64,000 bases of DNA from Squalus acanthias (lineage: Eukaryota): contig CM059432.1 in assembly GCA_030390025.1 (NCBI GenBank), forward strand, positions 105,402,001 to 105,466,000, written 5' to 3'. The position numbers and the translations under genes were made by a program. The notes below the pieces were generated by a model. The model saw only the letters and a program-made list of their open reading frames with translations, was not told the origin of the DNA and did no database searches. Position 1 is the stretch's first letter, and each line of letters opens with the position of its first letter. Positions 12,520 through 24,262 of the stretch are shown here, one piece after another.

Positions 12520-13302
12520 TATAAGAAATCGTGGATTGAAAGAAATAATAGTCTGTTGTGGGTTCCCTAGATCAGCAGTTTGCCTAAGTTGATGACACAG
12601 AAAGATTCCAGTCATGTCAGAAAAATAGCTGTACAGAGAGCTGAATTACGAGGTCAGAACACAAAAACAGGCCTTGGAGTGGGCATAACTAGGCCTGATA
12701 TGGGATGTAGCAAGGAGCTGTAGGATAAACAAAGCTGTCTACAAGAGGACAACAAGACCTTTAGAACAAAGATAAGGAGGAAAATTACCTCATGAGGCTG
12801 GGAAGGGGCTGTCATAGGTAGCCTCTCCCTTGCAATTGGACAATGGGGTGGGTAAAAATGATTGACACCAGGTATCCACCAGCCCACCAAAATAACTATA
12901 AAAACAGACAACCGAGAGAGGAAATCAGGCAGTTGGGGCGAAGGCTTCCCAGAGGTGGCTACGGCCTAACACCTTGGTCAAGTTTAGCCTCTGAGGTGGC
13001 TGACGGCCTAACACCTCCAACAGCTCGAGGGATGACCCAACGGAAGTGACCGCTGCAGCAGACTGCAGGAATCCACCCAATCCAAGACCACCGTACTGAC
13101 TCACCGTCTGTCTGGTTGTTTCGTTCCGTTCCAGGGCTGTAGATCGCCCTCATCTGTCACGGGTTGTATGTCTACTGTATCTATTTCAATCGCATGTAGT
13201 AATATCTGATTATGCTTTAAACTGTAGCTCTTTAATAAAAAGCCTTACAACTCCTAAGACCCTTTGGGTAATCTGTGTGTGACCTGTGATCCAAATCTTA
13301 CA
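12520..13302 (+). repeat. 5' LTR
   Basis: TATAAGA...TCTTACA; AATAAA near 13234; internal duplication GAGGTGGCT(G)ACGGCCTAACACCT. Confidence 0.9.
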
Positions 13303-13303
13303 A

Positions 13304-13321
13304 TGGTGTCAGAAGTTGGAT
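13304..13321 (+). promoter_or_regulatory. Primer-binding site, tRNA-Leu
   Basis: TGGTGTCAGAAGTTGGAT, 17/18 match to the complement of the vertebrate tRNA-Leu 3' end (TGGTGTCAGAAGTGGGAT), 1 nt after the LTR. Confidence 0.85.
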
Positions 13322-13436
13322 CACAGAGTTGGGAGTTATAAGGTTCCGGAGTGGGGACCGGAGGGACTTGGTCAAACACATGTGATCGTTGCTTAGACTG
13401 AGTATTTTTCTCTCTGAAAGAAGGGAGCGGGAAAGA

Positions 13437-13903
13437 GCGAAATTCAGCGGGAGGTTAGCAGCGGCAGTAACCGTTAGCTCCCCGCAGTGCTGCGCCGCCG
13501 GCGACGACGTCATCACCATGCGCAGCACCCCGGCCGTGATCTTCGGTAGCGCCCCCTAACTTACCGCTGGACACTATGTCCGACGGGGTCAGGGGGGCCT
13601 TTTGCCAGCATTCCGATCCCTGGTGGCCCAGCTGGGCCCCGGGTCGCGCTGCGCTAGGCCCCTTCCCTTTAAGAAGGGGAGGAAGGCCTGCAGTACCAGC
13701 GGCGCGATGTGCCGCAATGCGTGGCGCTGCAGCATGTAGCACTGTGATATTCACTCGCAGCGCCCCAAAGGGAGGTGGGGCGCTTCCAGTAGCGTCCCGC
13801 TTCCCTCTTGGGGCGCTACTGGTGAAGTTCGGCCATGGGGTGCTAAAAGTAGCGTCCCGGCAAAGTTTGCGCCCCAAAGGGGGCGCGACTCAATTTTTCC
13901 CCC
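13437..13903. mobile_element. MITE family A (Harbinger-type), 5'-truncated copy
   Basis: Homologous to 18348-19081; ends AATTTTTCCCCC|TTA. Confidence 0.8.
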
Positions 13904-14256
13904 TTAAAGTTTTAACAACATGGAAGTTATTAACATCTGTGCTGAGACAAATAAAACACAAGATATTCCTGATTTCCTAACTATGAATGTTTAAGAAGTT
14001 ACAATATTCCTTTTCTCTGAAAGTCTGTCTTTAAAACAAAAAGTGTCTGTTATGTGTGTTTTAGCTCCACCCACTTCTGTGTTAAAAACAACATTTAACC
14101 CTTTTGTCTTGTCTTGGATTTTGGAATTTTTAAGAATGTACGAATAAGATTGTGCACCAAGAATTGGAAAAAAAAAACTTTGCACTACAATTTAAGTTAA
14201 GCTGGTGTGTTAAAAACTGAGAAGAACAGCAAAAAATTTGTTTAACAAAAGATAAA

Positions 14257-14998
14257 GGCCCAGAAATTGGAGTTCGATGGTTGCCGCGGGGGTAAGGATC
14301 CCCCGCGATATCGCACTCCGCGCCTACCTTTATGGTTTTGGCCCACACGAACTTCTGGTCCTGGGCCTCTCCCTGGTGCCGGCGCGCAGTGTGTGCGTGT
14401 CCCAGAGGCGCAGTTAATTCGATGCGACCTCTGGGATCACGTGGGCCAGTTAGAGCCAATGGCAGCACACCATCTTTCATTCATAGTTTTGACAGCAAGG
14501 GCTGTCAAAACTATGAATACAACAAGCCCCCAAAAGAACAGCTAAATCTCAATTAAATTTTTTAAAAAAGCCATCACATTAATAAAATAACTATAGTTAA
14601 ATAAATTAACCACTTTAAACAAAAATTTAAATTTTTGAAAAAATTAAAATTCTTTTTAAAAGTTATAAAAATAAACTTACCTTTCTTTAAAGTCTCTAAA
14701 AAAGATAAACCTGTTGAAAAAAATTTTAAATAATACTTAATTAACTACTTACCTTGTTAAAAGGGGGTCTTACGCCTCCTTTCTTTATGTGTAAAATGTT
14801 CAACACTTACCTGCGCGTTGAAACCTGAAAAAAAACCTGTAGCGCGCACGCGGTTCACTTAGGAACCGCCCCCTTCGCAATACCCGAAGTGCCGGTTTCC
14901 CGCGCATGCGCAGTGCATGCAGGAAACCGGCACTTCGGGACCTAATACGCGAGAGTACACAATGTGTACTCTCCCGCATTAGGTCTAATTTTCGGGCC
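14257..14998. mobile_element. MITE family B (Harbinger-type TIRs)
   Basis: GGCCCAGAAATT...AATTTTCGGGCC; inverted homologue at 29698-30441. Confidence 0.8.
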
Positions 14999-16829
14999 AA
15001 AGTTTCAGTCTAGGATTTAACCTTGGAGTTGTGGTTGCTGTGGTGAAATTTTCCAAAGCAGTTTGATTTGATTTGTTTAAATGTGAAAACGAATTTTTCT
15101 CCAGTAGTATTCAATGTTTTTACAGTCATTTGGAAAGCCATCTGAAGAAAGGGCAATAAGAAATATGACATAATTTACTGTTTTCTGCAAGCATGTGCTA
15201 TTTTGCTTTGTTTTATCTGTTCGTGTTTAGTTAATAAAATATTGATTTGAATTAAATTAGAATTATTAAGGGTAAATAACCTATTAAATTGTGAAAACAC
15301 AACTGTCTTTTTCGATCGGGAAAGTTTAAAATTTTTTTTAGGTGAAGTGACGCAATTGCGTGCGCCTGACAATGTTTCGCTCCACCTTCTTAAAAACCTG
15401 CAAAGGAGTTAACCCTTTCCACTGACAGCTGTTTAAGTTCACCAAGCAACAACTTTAGTATTACTGAATGAAATTTCAAGATATTGGACATTATTAAATT
15501 TAAGTTTCTTAATTTTAAGTTAATATTTCCCCACAGTGACAGAAGGAAAATTATGATTTGATAAATTAACCCCTTGGGCTCTTAAGCAGAATCACAATAT
15601 ATTCTCTTCTTTCTTTTGTTATATGGAAGTTACCTTGTAAACTAATTGCAGCACTTCTGTCTCTAATGTTAAAACACTGTGTAAGCCTGGGAATCACTTG
15701 TTTCTGAAATTGGAATTGATAAGATAATTTGATAGAAATGAAATTGAACATTGACAAAACCTGTCAGTCCAACAGTACTGCTGTTTGGATTTTGGGATAA
15801 TTTTGAAATGACAAAATTGACTCAGGCACTATATATTGGGTTACTTTTGGGAAAATAAAAGATAAATAAAAAGTTTTAATAACTTAGACCAAGTGAGAAC
15901 GTTTGATCTATGTTTTCTATCTTAAATATTGTACTGGACAGTAAAGTTCCTCCAGGGCTCATGAATGAGATATTAATGGGATGTGTAAAATGGAGATAGG
16001 AAGTGATTGAGGGTGTAGATAGAAACAGGAAAATTACACTCCCAAATGAGAATTTTTCCAGCTTCCTAGTGAAAGTCAGGAAAGTGTAGTTACGAATAGT
16101 AAATTGATAGCTTTCTCTTGGAGACATTTGTGACCCTGCCTATAATGAACTTTTTAAGAAAACTGAATTTGATAGCCTGGCCACTACCCAAGACATCGGG
16201 ACCATGCAGAGGGAGATGAGCAAAGATCTCCAGACGACTACAAGCTTTTGATAGGGTCACCTGAAAGCCAGAGAATGGCTTGTATCGGATGGCACATGTG
16301 GCATAATATGGAGATACCGATATGAGTGTGCAAATGTGATTTGTTATGTATGAAGCAATTACCATCCAGAAATGCATGGTGAATCTGCACTGAAGAACGG
16401 ATCTCAGACATGCTCAGTTACTTGACAACAGCAAGACATGAAATGGTTAATGTGGCTCAGGAGAGTGAGACAACTTTTAAAGCATTGACACATACTCCAT
16501 CGAGAAACTATCTAATTGATGAAACAATCAGAGTCGAGTTAAACACACTGGTACCTGTTAGAGGGATTGAAATTGAAGTTGAAGTGGAGAGTTACATGGA
16601 ATTTGGATCGGGACAATTGAGGGCTAAGGAGAAATCATGTTTTGTAAGAATTATCCACATGGATGGATACGAGTAAAAGAGATCTGGAGAACCTTTTAAG
16701 TCCATGATTTGTTGATTAGATGTTAAACTGTAATGTCGCTTGAAATGATTGTAAGACTGAATTATAACTTGTAACTGTAATAATTGTGTTTTGTAGGTAA
16801 CAGAGCATGGGAAAAACCAGTACAAATCC

Positions 16830-17279
16830 AGTATGAGGTGATTTTGGTGGTGCCTCCTGTGTCACGACTACCGCAACTACCATGTTTTATGGGTCTAACG
16901 GGACCTGTCCCATCAACCAACACGTTTTATCAATATCAAAACCTATGCTCAAGTGAAACTGACAGTAAATGAGATACTTAAGTATGAGCGGCACAATTAT
17001 GTGGCACAATTCAGATACGACATTCCCCTGTTGTCTGAGGGCTTCAGTGAGCTCGTGATGCGACTGAACTCCTCCCTAAAGTATTTTTATGTTTTGGAGC
17101 AAGACAACTCGAGAATAGATATTGAAATTGATAGCATAGGGGACGATTCACACTGGTGGGATATTGGGCTTAATACATCAGCATACCCTTAGGCTCGTAT
17201 TATTTCACATGCTCTGGTAGTTCTCCAACTTGTAATGATAATGTATTTGATATATGTAACCGATGTAGTAAGACTTTGA
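16830..17279 (+). pseudogene. Envelope-like glycoprotein C-terminus (Cys region, heptad repeat, WW motif, TM helix), decayed
   Basis: GASCVTTTATTMFYGSNGTCPIN / frameshift / FINIKTYAQVKLTVNE...LSEGFSELVMRLNSSLKYFYVLEQDNSRIDIEIDSIGDDSHWWDIGLNTSAYP*ARIISHALVVLQLVMIMYLIYV, in the env position upstream of the PPT. Confidence 0.6.
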
Positions 17280-17639
17280 TACATAAGCCAATTGTGTACT
17301 CATGCCTATGACCAACTAGCACTAACAAATTAATTGAGCACACCAAAAGAGAAGATCTGAAGCAACATAGAAGAGACCCCAGGCGGGGTAAGATCAGGAA
17401 AGATAGAAGAAACAGAGGATACCCCAGGCATAGCAGAATTGGAACACTGGAACAGTGAATTGAATTTGAGTAAGGGGTCAGAGGTTGCTCCTCCCCCTCA
17501 AAGGAATGGACTGTAAGAGAGGGGGAAATCTTCATTTTTGAGACTCCTACTAACTAACGCCCAAGTTGAGTGAGCAATAAGAACTAGCTAGATTAGTCAA
17601 GAACCGATTGTGAGAAGTCAATAAGGATATTTCCTTCTC

Positions 17640-17651
17640 GAGGTGGGGAGA
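17640..17651 (+). promoter_or_regulatory. Polypurine tract
   Basis: GAGGTGGGGAGA immediately before TGTAAGA of the 3' LTR. Confidence 0.75.
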
Positions 17652-19159
17652 TGTAAGAAATCGTGGATTGAAAGAAATAATAGTCTTTTGCGGGTTCCCT
17701 AGATCAGCAGTTTGCCTAAGTTGATGACACAGAAAGATTCCAGTCACGTCAGAAAAATAGCTGAATTACGAGGTCAGAACACAAAAACAGGCCTTCGAGT
17801 GGGCATAACTGGGGCTGATAAGGGATGCAGCAAGGAGCTGTAGGATAAACAAACTGTCTACAAGAGGGCAACAAGACCTTTAGAACAGAGATAAGGAGGA
17901 AAATTATCTCATGAGGCTGGGAAGGGGCTGTCATAGGTAGCCTCTCCCTTGTTATTAGATAATGCAATGGATAAAAATGATTGACACCAGGTAACCACCA
18001 ACCCACCAAAATAACTATAAATATAGATGACCGAGAGAGGAAATCAGGCAGTTGGGGTGAAGGCTTCCCAGAGGTGGCTACGGCCTAACACCTTGGTCAA
18101 GTTTAGCCTCTGAGGTGGCTGACGGCCTAACACCTCCAACAGCTTGAGGGATGACCCAACGGAAGTGACCGCTGCAGCAGACTGCAGGAATCCACCTAAT
18201 CCAAGACCACCGTACTGCCTCACCGTCCATCCGGTTGTTTCGTTCCGTTCCAGGGCTGTAGATCGCCCTCATCTGTCACGAGTTGTATGTCTACTGTATC
18301 TATTTCAATTGCATGTAGTAATATCTGATTACAGCTTTAAACTGTAGGGGGGAAAAATTCAGTTGCTTTGTGCCGCCTGTTAGCGCCGTAAGAGAGCGCT
18401 AACGGGGTGCAAAGCAACTAGCGCCCGGGCACAGCGCCACCAACGCCTCCCGCGAAATTCAGAAGGAGATTAGCGGCGGCGGTAACCATTAGCGCCCCGT
18501 GGCGCTGCGCCGTCGGCGATGATGTCATCGCCATGCGCAGCGCCCCGGCCGCGATCTTCAGTAGCGCCCCCTGACTTACCGTCGGATGCTATGTTCGAGG
18601 GGGTCAGGGGGGCCTACCTGCGGCCGGGGCGGCGCTATTTAAAGGCGAGGTGCCGGGCGGCCATTTTTGTTGCTGGCCGCCTGCCAGCACCTGCCTCCGC
18701 TGCCGTCCCTGGCCTCCTGAGGCCCCCCCCCGCACCGCGGAGTGCCGGCTGCGCTCCATGAGCCCGGCACTTCTCTTGAGTGCCAGGCTCTTTTGCCGGC
18801 ACTCCGATCCCGGTGGCCCAGCTGGGCCCCGGGTCGCGCTGCACAAGGCCCCTCCCCTTTAAGAAGGGGAGGAAGGCCTTCAATACTGCGGCGCGACGTG
18901 CCGCGATATTCCCTCACAGCGTCCCAAGAGGGAGGCGGGACGCTTCCAGTAGCGCCCCGCTTCGCTCTTGGGGCGCTACCACTCAATTTCGGCCCCGGGG
19001 GTGCTAATTTTTTCGGGGCGCTAAAAGTAGCGCACCAGCGAAGTTAGTGCCCCAAAGGGGGCACAACTCAATTTCTCCCCCTAGCTCTTTAATAAAAAGC
19101 CTTGCAACTCCTAAGACCCTTTGGATAATTTGTGTGTGACCTGTGATCCTAATCTTATA
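17652..19159 (+). repeat. 3' LTR (interrupted by MITE-A at 18348-19081)
   Basis: Colinear with the 5' LTR once the MITE and one TAG copy are removed. Confidence 0.9.
18348..19081. mobile_element. MITE family A, complete copy
   Basis: TIR GGGGGAAAAATT / AATTTCTCCCCC; 3-bp TSD TAG confirmed by the empty site ACTGTAGCTC in the 5' LTR. Confidence 0.92.
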
Positions 19160-19321
19160 GTTACGTCTCACCATTCACTGCAACTCACTAAACCACTTCC
19201 AAAGGTGCACACAAATTTGTCCATGGCCGCAAAGTGGTGAAAATAAAGATTTTTGTGACATTACAGTAACAAACTTTACAGAATCATTTAACAAAACACC
19301 CAAGTAGATACCCTTGTGAAT

Positions 19322-20105
19322 CTACTTGTGTTTCGTCTTTCTCTTACGTGTGCTTCTACGAGGTGCACCCCCTGTGGCTTCAGCAGAGATAGAGGCAAGC
19401 TGCTCACTTCCCTGCTGCGACTGCTTAGATACTTTTGGCGGACGACCTCTGGGTTTTGGAGCCGCTGATGGCCCCGCCAAAGACTGCTCCTCCTGCGACT
19501 GTGCAAGGGCAGCGTCGGCCATCACTGTCTGAGGAGGCATCTGGGACTCTGACTGAGGGGGTGGCAATGGGGGAAAAGTGTGAGCGCTTTGAGAGGAGCC
19601 CCCACTTGCATGTCCCCTCTCACTGTCATCCCTCTCATGGGCCACCCAGACTTCCCTGCTCGCAAGGAGCTGGAGAGCATCTTGCTGCACATCAGTGGGG
19701 CCTTGAGGACTCACGTCTACATAGACCTCCTCTCTAGGAGGGATGTCAATGAGTCTGTGCCATCTATTCTCCATAGAGACCATGTGCTCCTGTGTGTGAC
19801 ACATTAGCTGCTGCATGCAGGTGGCCATCCTATCCATGGAAGAGCCTACAGTCGCCATCGCCTGCGAATCAGTGGTGCTCGCAAAACCTGTCAAAGTCTC
19901 CTGCACTTCTTGCTGCACCTCCAGGATCGCTCTTTTTCTGGATGGCCCCCGAGGCTCAGCATCTGCATGCAGCTGAGCAGAGCTGGGAGTGTCCTGCACC
20001 CTCTAACGAGGAATCTCTACCATCTGCTCTTGCTTACTTGTGAGTTGTGAGACACCAGGTAACAACACTACTCTAACTCACATAGGACCCACCGAGGTGT
20101 GCGCA
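19322..20105 (-). pseudogene. Harbinger H2 Myb/SANT gene last exon
   Basis: ORF 19322-19999 is homologous to the H5 last exon (RAILEVQQEVQETLTG...PRRSTRKRK). Confidence 0.8.
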
Positions 20106-22660
20106 TCAAGGAGCCCTAGTGTAGAATTCGCAATATAATCGCGATTTTATAAATAAGGAGAAAACACATAGTTTCGTTCAAACAGTTTTATTTCAGCAGA
20201 ATGCTGTCAGGTTTTCAAAGTGGACACAAGCAGCCTGTAAAATGGCCGCCACGCCTCGTGGCAGAACATTCTAGACTTTTCAATAAGCAGACAAGCTGGC
20301 GTTCCAATAAACATTTGTGCGAGATCGATCAAGACTCAGCACACTTGAGATAATACACGAGACATTATGGGTTTGCAGTATACACATAAATACTGAAATC
20401 GGTCTCCCAGGTGCGAATAAGGGCTATTGTACCAAGCGATCAAGAACCCATCCAAAGACATTAATATGCAAAATCCCCACGACTCTACGATGAGAGAGCC
20501 GTTTGCGGGTAGTTACAGAAAACATTTGGAAGCCCCAAAACCCCTCCAGGGAGAATACCGACCGGTTACACATTGGGAAAAGTATTAACAGGTACTCAGA
20601 CAGTTACGAGTATCCCCGAAACCCATTAAAACGGAGATCACCCTATACAAGAAATTTGAGCGCCAAAACCCTAACAAAAGAAAAGACATTAAGGTTGGGC
20701 GGGAAAAAGAAGAGTTTTCGCACTATAACTGTAAGCTACAACCGTCCATCTTTCTCTTATTCGCTCGCCGTCTTGTTCCTGCCTCTTGACTCTTATTCTC
20801 CTGCCTCTTGCCGCTTGCATCTTGCATCTGCCTCTTGCTGCTCGACTATCGAACTTTCCGATCCGCCAGGATCAGCCTCGTGGCTTGCCGCGAAGATCTG
20901 TGTGGAACTGGGCTGTGAAGCCTTGAAACGGGCACACCATCCCGAGAAGTCGGTAAACGGTGTTGGAACCGAAGGCCCGAGATGAGATGAGATGAGAAGA
21001 GAAGAAGACGACCATACGTATCGCCACGGTCAGTAAGCCCCGACCGCGCCTGTAGGTCGAATAGACACTTTCCTTGCCCAGGAAGACCATCTTTGAGTTC
21101 TACAGAACTGGAATCGGAAGACTATTCTTTGAGTTTTATCGCATCAGTGCGAGGGCACAGGAAGACTATTTTTCGAGTCGTGTCGGAACTCCGAGGACAA
21201 CACAGATCTTCATGACAGCAGACGGTCCAGCCTGCTAGCCGGAGCAGAAACGAGTAAACAAGTGGGGTACAGAGACCCCTGATCAACACGTGGGTGATCA
21301 GGTGCTGCGGTAAAAACATCCGAGCAGAGTTTTCGGAATTCTCCGAGTTATCACGAGTGGTGAGCATGAGTCTCGATCCTACAAATCTAGTTTAGAGCAG
21401 GTATTGATAGGGGAGGGTTTAAGTTTTAAGGATAACTGTAATGTGTGCCCCCATTTACGATGTGTCGTTCGTTCCTTGTTTCCCTAAAATTAGTTACATA
21501 ACTGCGTGTAAGATTGTACTGTCATTAATCTGTGCTTATGACATGTATTTCGTAATCTTGAATAATATGCAATAAAGATTTTCCATTTCGTACCATTCAA
21601 CCGGGTCTACCTGAGTTTTCTCTGCATTATTGCTCTCGCACCTAAGTCCAGTGTCAGAACCGTAAGGGCGAGTGGGTCGAACCACTAACAGGTGTCTAGT
21701 GCTCCCAGACTGGCTGGAGACCAGAACAGGCAACAAGGCCTAACCCCGCACTAGCACCCAGGCTGAGCACAGAGCCACACGGGTCAAAACCCTTACACTA
21801 GTAAAACTGAAGTCAATGGGAATCGGGGAGAAAACTCTCCACTGGCTGGAGTCATACCTAGCACAAAGGAAGATGATTGTACTAGTTGAAGAACAATCAT
21901 CACAGACCCAGGACATCGCTGCAGGAGTTCCTCAGGTCAGTGTCCTAGGCCCAACCATCTTCAGCTGCTTCATCAATGACCTTCCCTCCAACAAAAGGTC
22001 AGAAATGGGGATGTTTGTGTGCCATTCACAATTCCTCAGATAATGAAGCAGTCTATGCCCGCATGCAACAAGACCTGGACGACGTTCAGGCTTGGGCTGA
22101 TAAGTGGCAGCTAACATTCGTGCCACACAAGTGCCAGGCAATGATTATCTCCAACAAGTGAGAGTCTAACCACCGCCCCTTGACATTCAACGGCATTACC
22201 ATCGCCGAATCCCCCACCATCAACATCCTGGGGGTCACCATTGACCACCACCTTAAACATTCACTCCCTCCACCACCTGCGTACCGTGGCTACAGTGTGT
22301 ACCATCTACAAGATGCACTGCAGCAACTTGCCACGGCTTCTTCGGCAGCACCTCCCAAACCAGCGACCTCTTCCACCTAGAAGGACAAGGGCAGCAGGCG
22401 CATGGGGACACCACCACCTCCAAGTTCCCCTCCAAGTCACACACCATCCTGATTTAGAAGTATATCGCCGATCCTTCATCGTCGCTGGGTCAAAATCCTG
22501 GAATTCCCTACCTAACAGCACTGTGGGAGTACCTTCACCACACGGACTGCAGCGGTTCAAGAAGGCAGCTCACCACCACCTTCTCAAGGGCAATTAGGGA
22601 TGGACAATAAATGCTGGCCTTGCCAGCAACGCCCACATCCCATAAACAAATTAAAAAAAA
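20103..22660 (+). mobile_element. CR1-clade LINE family B 3' part, split by a solo LTR
   Basis: HQGAL|VKLKSMGI across the LTR; GVPQVSVLGP; PPRRTRAA...HHHLLKGN end shared with 30625, 36395 and 63505. Confidence 0.85.
20120..21797 (-). mobile_element. Solo LTR (1678 bp)
   Basis: TG...CA termini, perfect 4-bp TSD CTAG (20116-20119, 21798-21801), minus-strand AATAAA about 70 nt from the end; interrupts a CR1 reading frame cleanly. Confidence 0.82.
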
Positions 22661-23054
22661 GCATTTCCCATATTTAAAATATGTCCAACAATACTTTTAT
22701 TGGGGGCATATAAGAAGCCTGGGGCTTGTATTCACGGCCTTCCCAAAACGATCAAGAGACTCAACAACTATATCTTCCAAGGAATTAGAGGTAGAAACTG
22801 AGACAGAGACAATATGGGGAATTTGACCTCTCCCGATCAGTGGGAACATTCTCGTGAACCGTTCTGCCAACTGTTCTCCATGAGCACCATCACTGCCAAT
22901 AGGTTTCCTAATGGGCATTCCCCTCTCTGATCTTGTTGTAGGACGAAGAAGAGGGCCAATGGAGGGATACTAGACAAGTCAGGTTGGTGCTGAGGCACTC
23001 TGTGCCCACCCGCCAATATCCACATCCTGCGTTTACAGACATAGGTGCACACAA

Positions 23055-23480
23055 GAAATATCTTGCATTTATGTAGCGCCTTTCACATCTGCAGGAAGTA
23101 CTAAAGTGCTTCATAGCCAATTAAGTACTTTTGAATTATAGTCACTGTTGTAATATTGGCAAACACAGCAGCCTACTTGTATACAGCAAAGTACCACATC
23201 CAGCAATGAGACAAATGATCAATTAATCTGTTCTAGTGGTGTTGGTTGAGGGATACATGTTGGTAAGGACTTTGAGAGCTTTGCTTCTCTTCTTTGAGTA
23301 GTGCTATAGGATCTATTATATACACCTTGAGCAGACAGATAGGACCTTAGTTTAACATCTCAGCTGAAAGATGGCACCCTTGAGGTTGTATCACTTCCTC
23401 AGTACTGTACTGAGTGCCAGCCTAGATTATGTACTCAAAAGTGTCTGGAATGGACTTACAGGCAAGAATGCTACCACTGA
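23055..23480 (-). mobile_element. tRNA-derived SINE (same family as 1295-1748), older copy
   Basis: Colinear homology with 1295-1748. Confidence 0.75.
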
Positions 23481-23659
23481 GTACTGACACCTGTAAGTAA
23501 GTGGAGTACTTGCTGAATGTTACAGTAACCAGCTGGAAATTTCCCTCACCTTTAAGAAGAACATTGCGTTCCTGTGAGCAATGCTACGGGAGAACCGGTA
23601 ATACATATAAACACTTTGGGTATCACGTGTGTCTGTTCATCACACTTCATACTTTGACA

Positions 23660-23845
23660 TTGTCATCGCCTGTGCAGTGGAGCAGGGCGCCACGGGTTAC
23701 TGCCGCCGCTAAACTCCCGCTGAATTTAGCAGGAGTCGTTAGCAGCGCCGCGCCCGGGCGAAAAGTCGTTTGCGCCCCATTAGCGCCGCCCCCCCCCCCC
23801 CCGAGCCGCTAATGGGAGGCGCTAAGGTACCCTAATTTCTTCCCC
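23660..23845. mobile_element. MITE-A-related fragment (inverted)
   Basis: CCGCCGCTAAACTCCCGCTGAATTT is the reverse complement of the MITE-A core; ends AATTTCTTCCCC|TAA. Confidence 0.6.
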
Positions 23846-23859
23846 TAAAACTTGCAAAG

Positions 23860-23990
23860 GCAAAATACTGTGGATGCTGGAAATCTGAAATAAAAACAGA
23901 AAATGCTGGAAATACTCAGCAGGTCAGGCAGCATCTGTGGAGAGAGAAACAGAGTTAACGTTTCAGGTCGATGACCTTTCATTAGAACTC
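23860..23990 (-). mobile_element. Penelope-type 3' terminal fragment
   Basis: Similar to 45275-45403 (GATGCTGG...CAGCAGGTC.GGC.GCATCTGTG.AGAGA); ends in a hammerhead motif. Confidence 0.7.
23952..23990 (-). ncRNA. Minimal hammerhead ribozyme motif (core G5>A variant)
   Basis: GAGTT-CTAATGA-A-AGGTC(ATC)GACCT-GAAA-CGTT-AACTC. Confidence 0.65.
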
Positions 23991-24262
23991 GAACTAAAAC
24001 TATTGCATTGTAGTTTCAATTTTATTAAATTGTTACTCTTACTTTTCTTAAAGCTAGGCTGTCATTTTAGAAAGCAGTTTCGAGCCCTTAAAGGGGAACT
24101 GCCTTCTAAAATAAAAAAACACATTTAAAAATGGGCAATCTTTAGCCCTTAGAGCTCAACTGCCTTCTGAAAAAAATAATTCCAAAATGGCAGTCTTCAG
24201 CTCTTAAAGCTGAACTGCCTTCTGCAAGTGAAAAATAGTAAAAGTGCTTCAGCACTAACACA

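Larger units (their letters stand above)
12520..19159 (+). mobile_element. Two-LTR retroelement without recognisable gag/pol, carrying an env-like remnant, inserted into Harbinger H2
   Basis: Direct repeats 12520-13302 and 17652-19159; PBS; PPT; 4-bp TSD GTGA/GTTA. The joined flanks align with Harbinger 3' UTR sequence at about 47250-47340. Confidence 0.88.

Noticed and set aside
18519..19047. Multiple overlapping ORFs in GC-rich DNA (also 13455-13980 and 27004-27402)
   Set aside because: Artefacts of stop-poor MITE-A sequence; frames are not conserved between copies.
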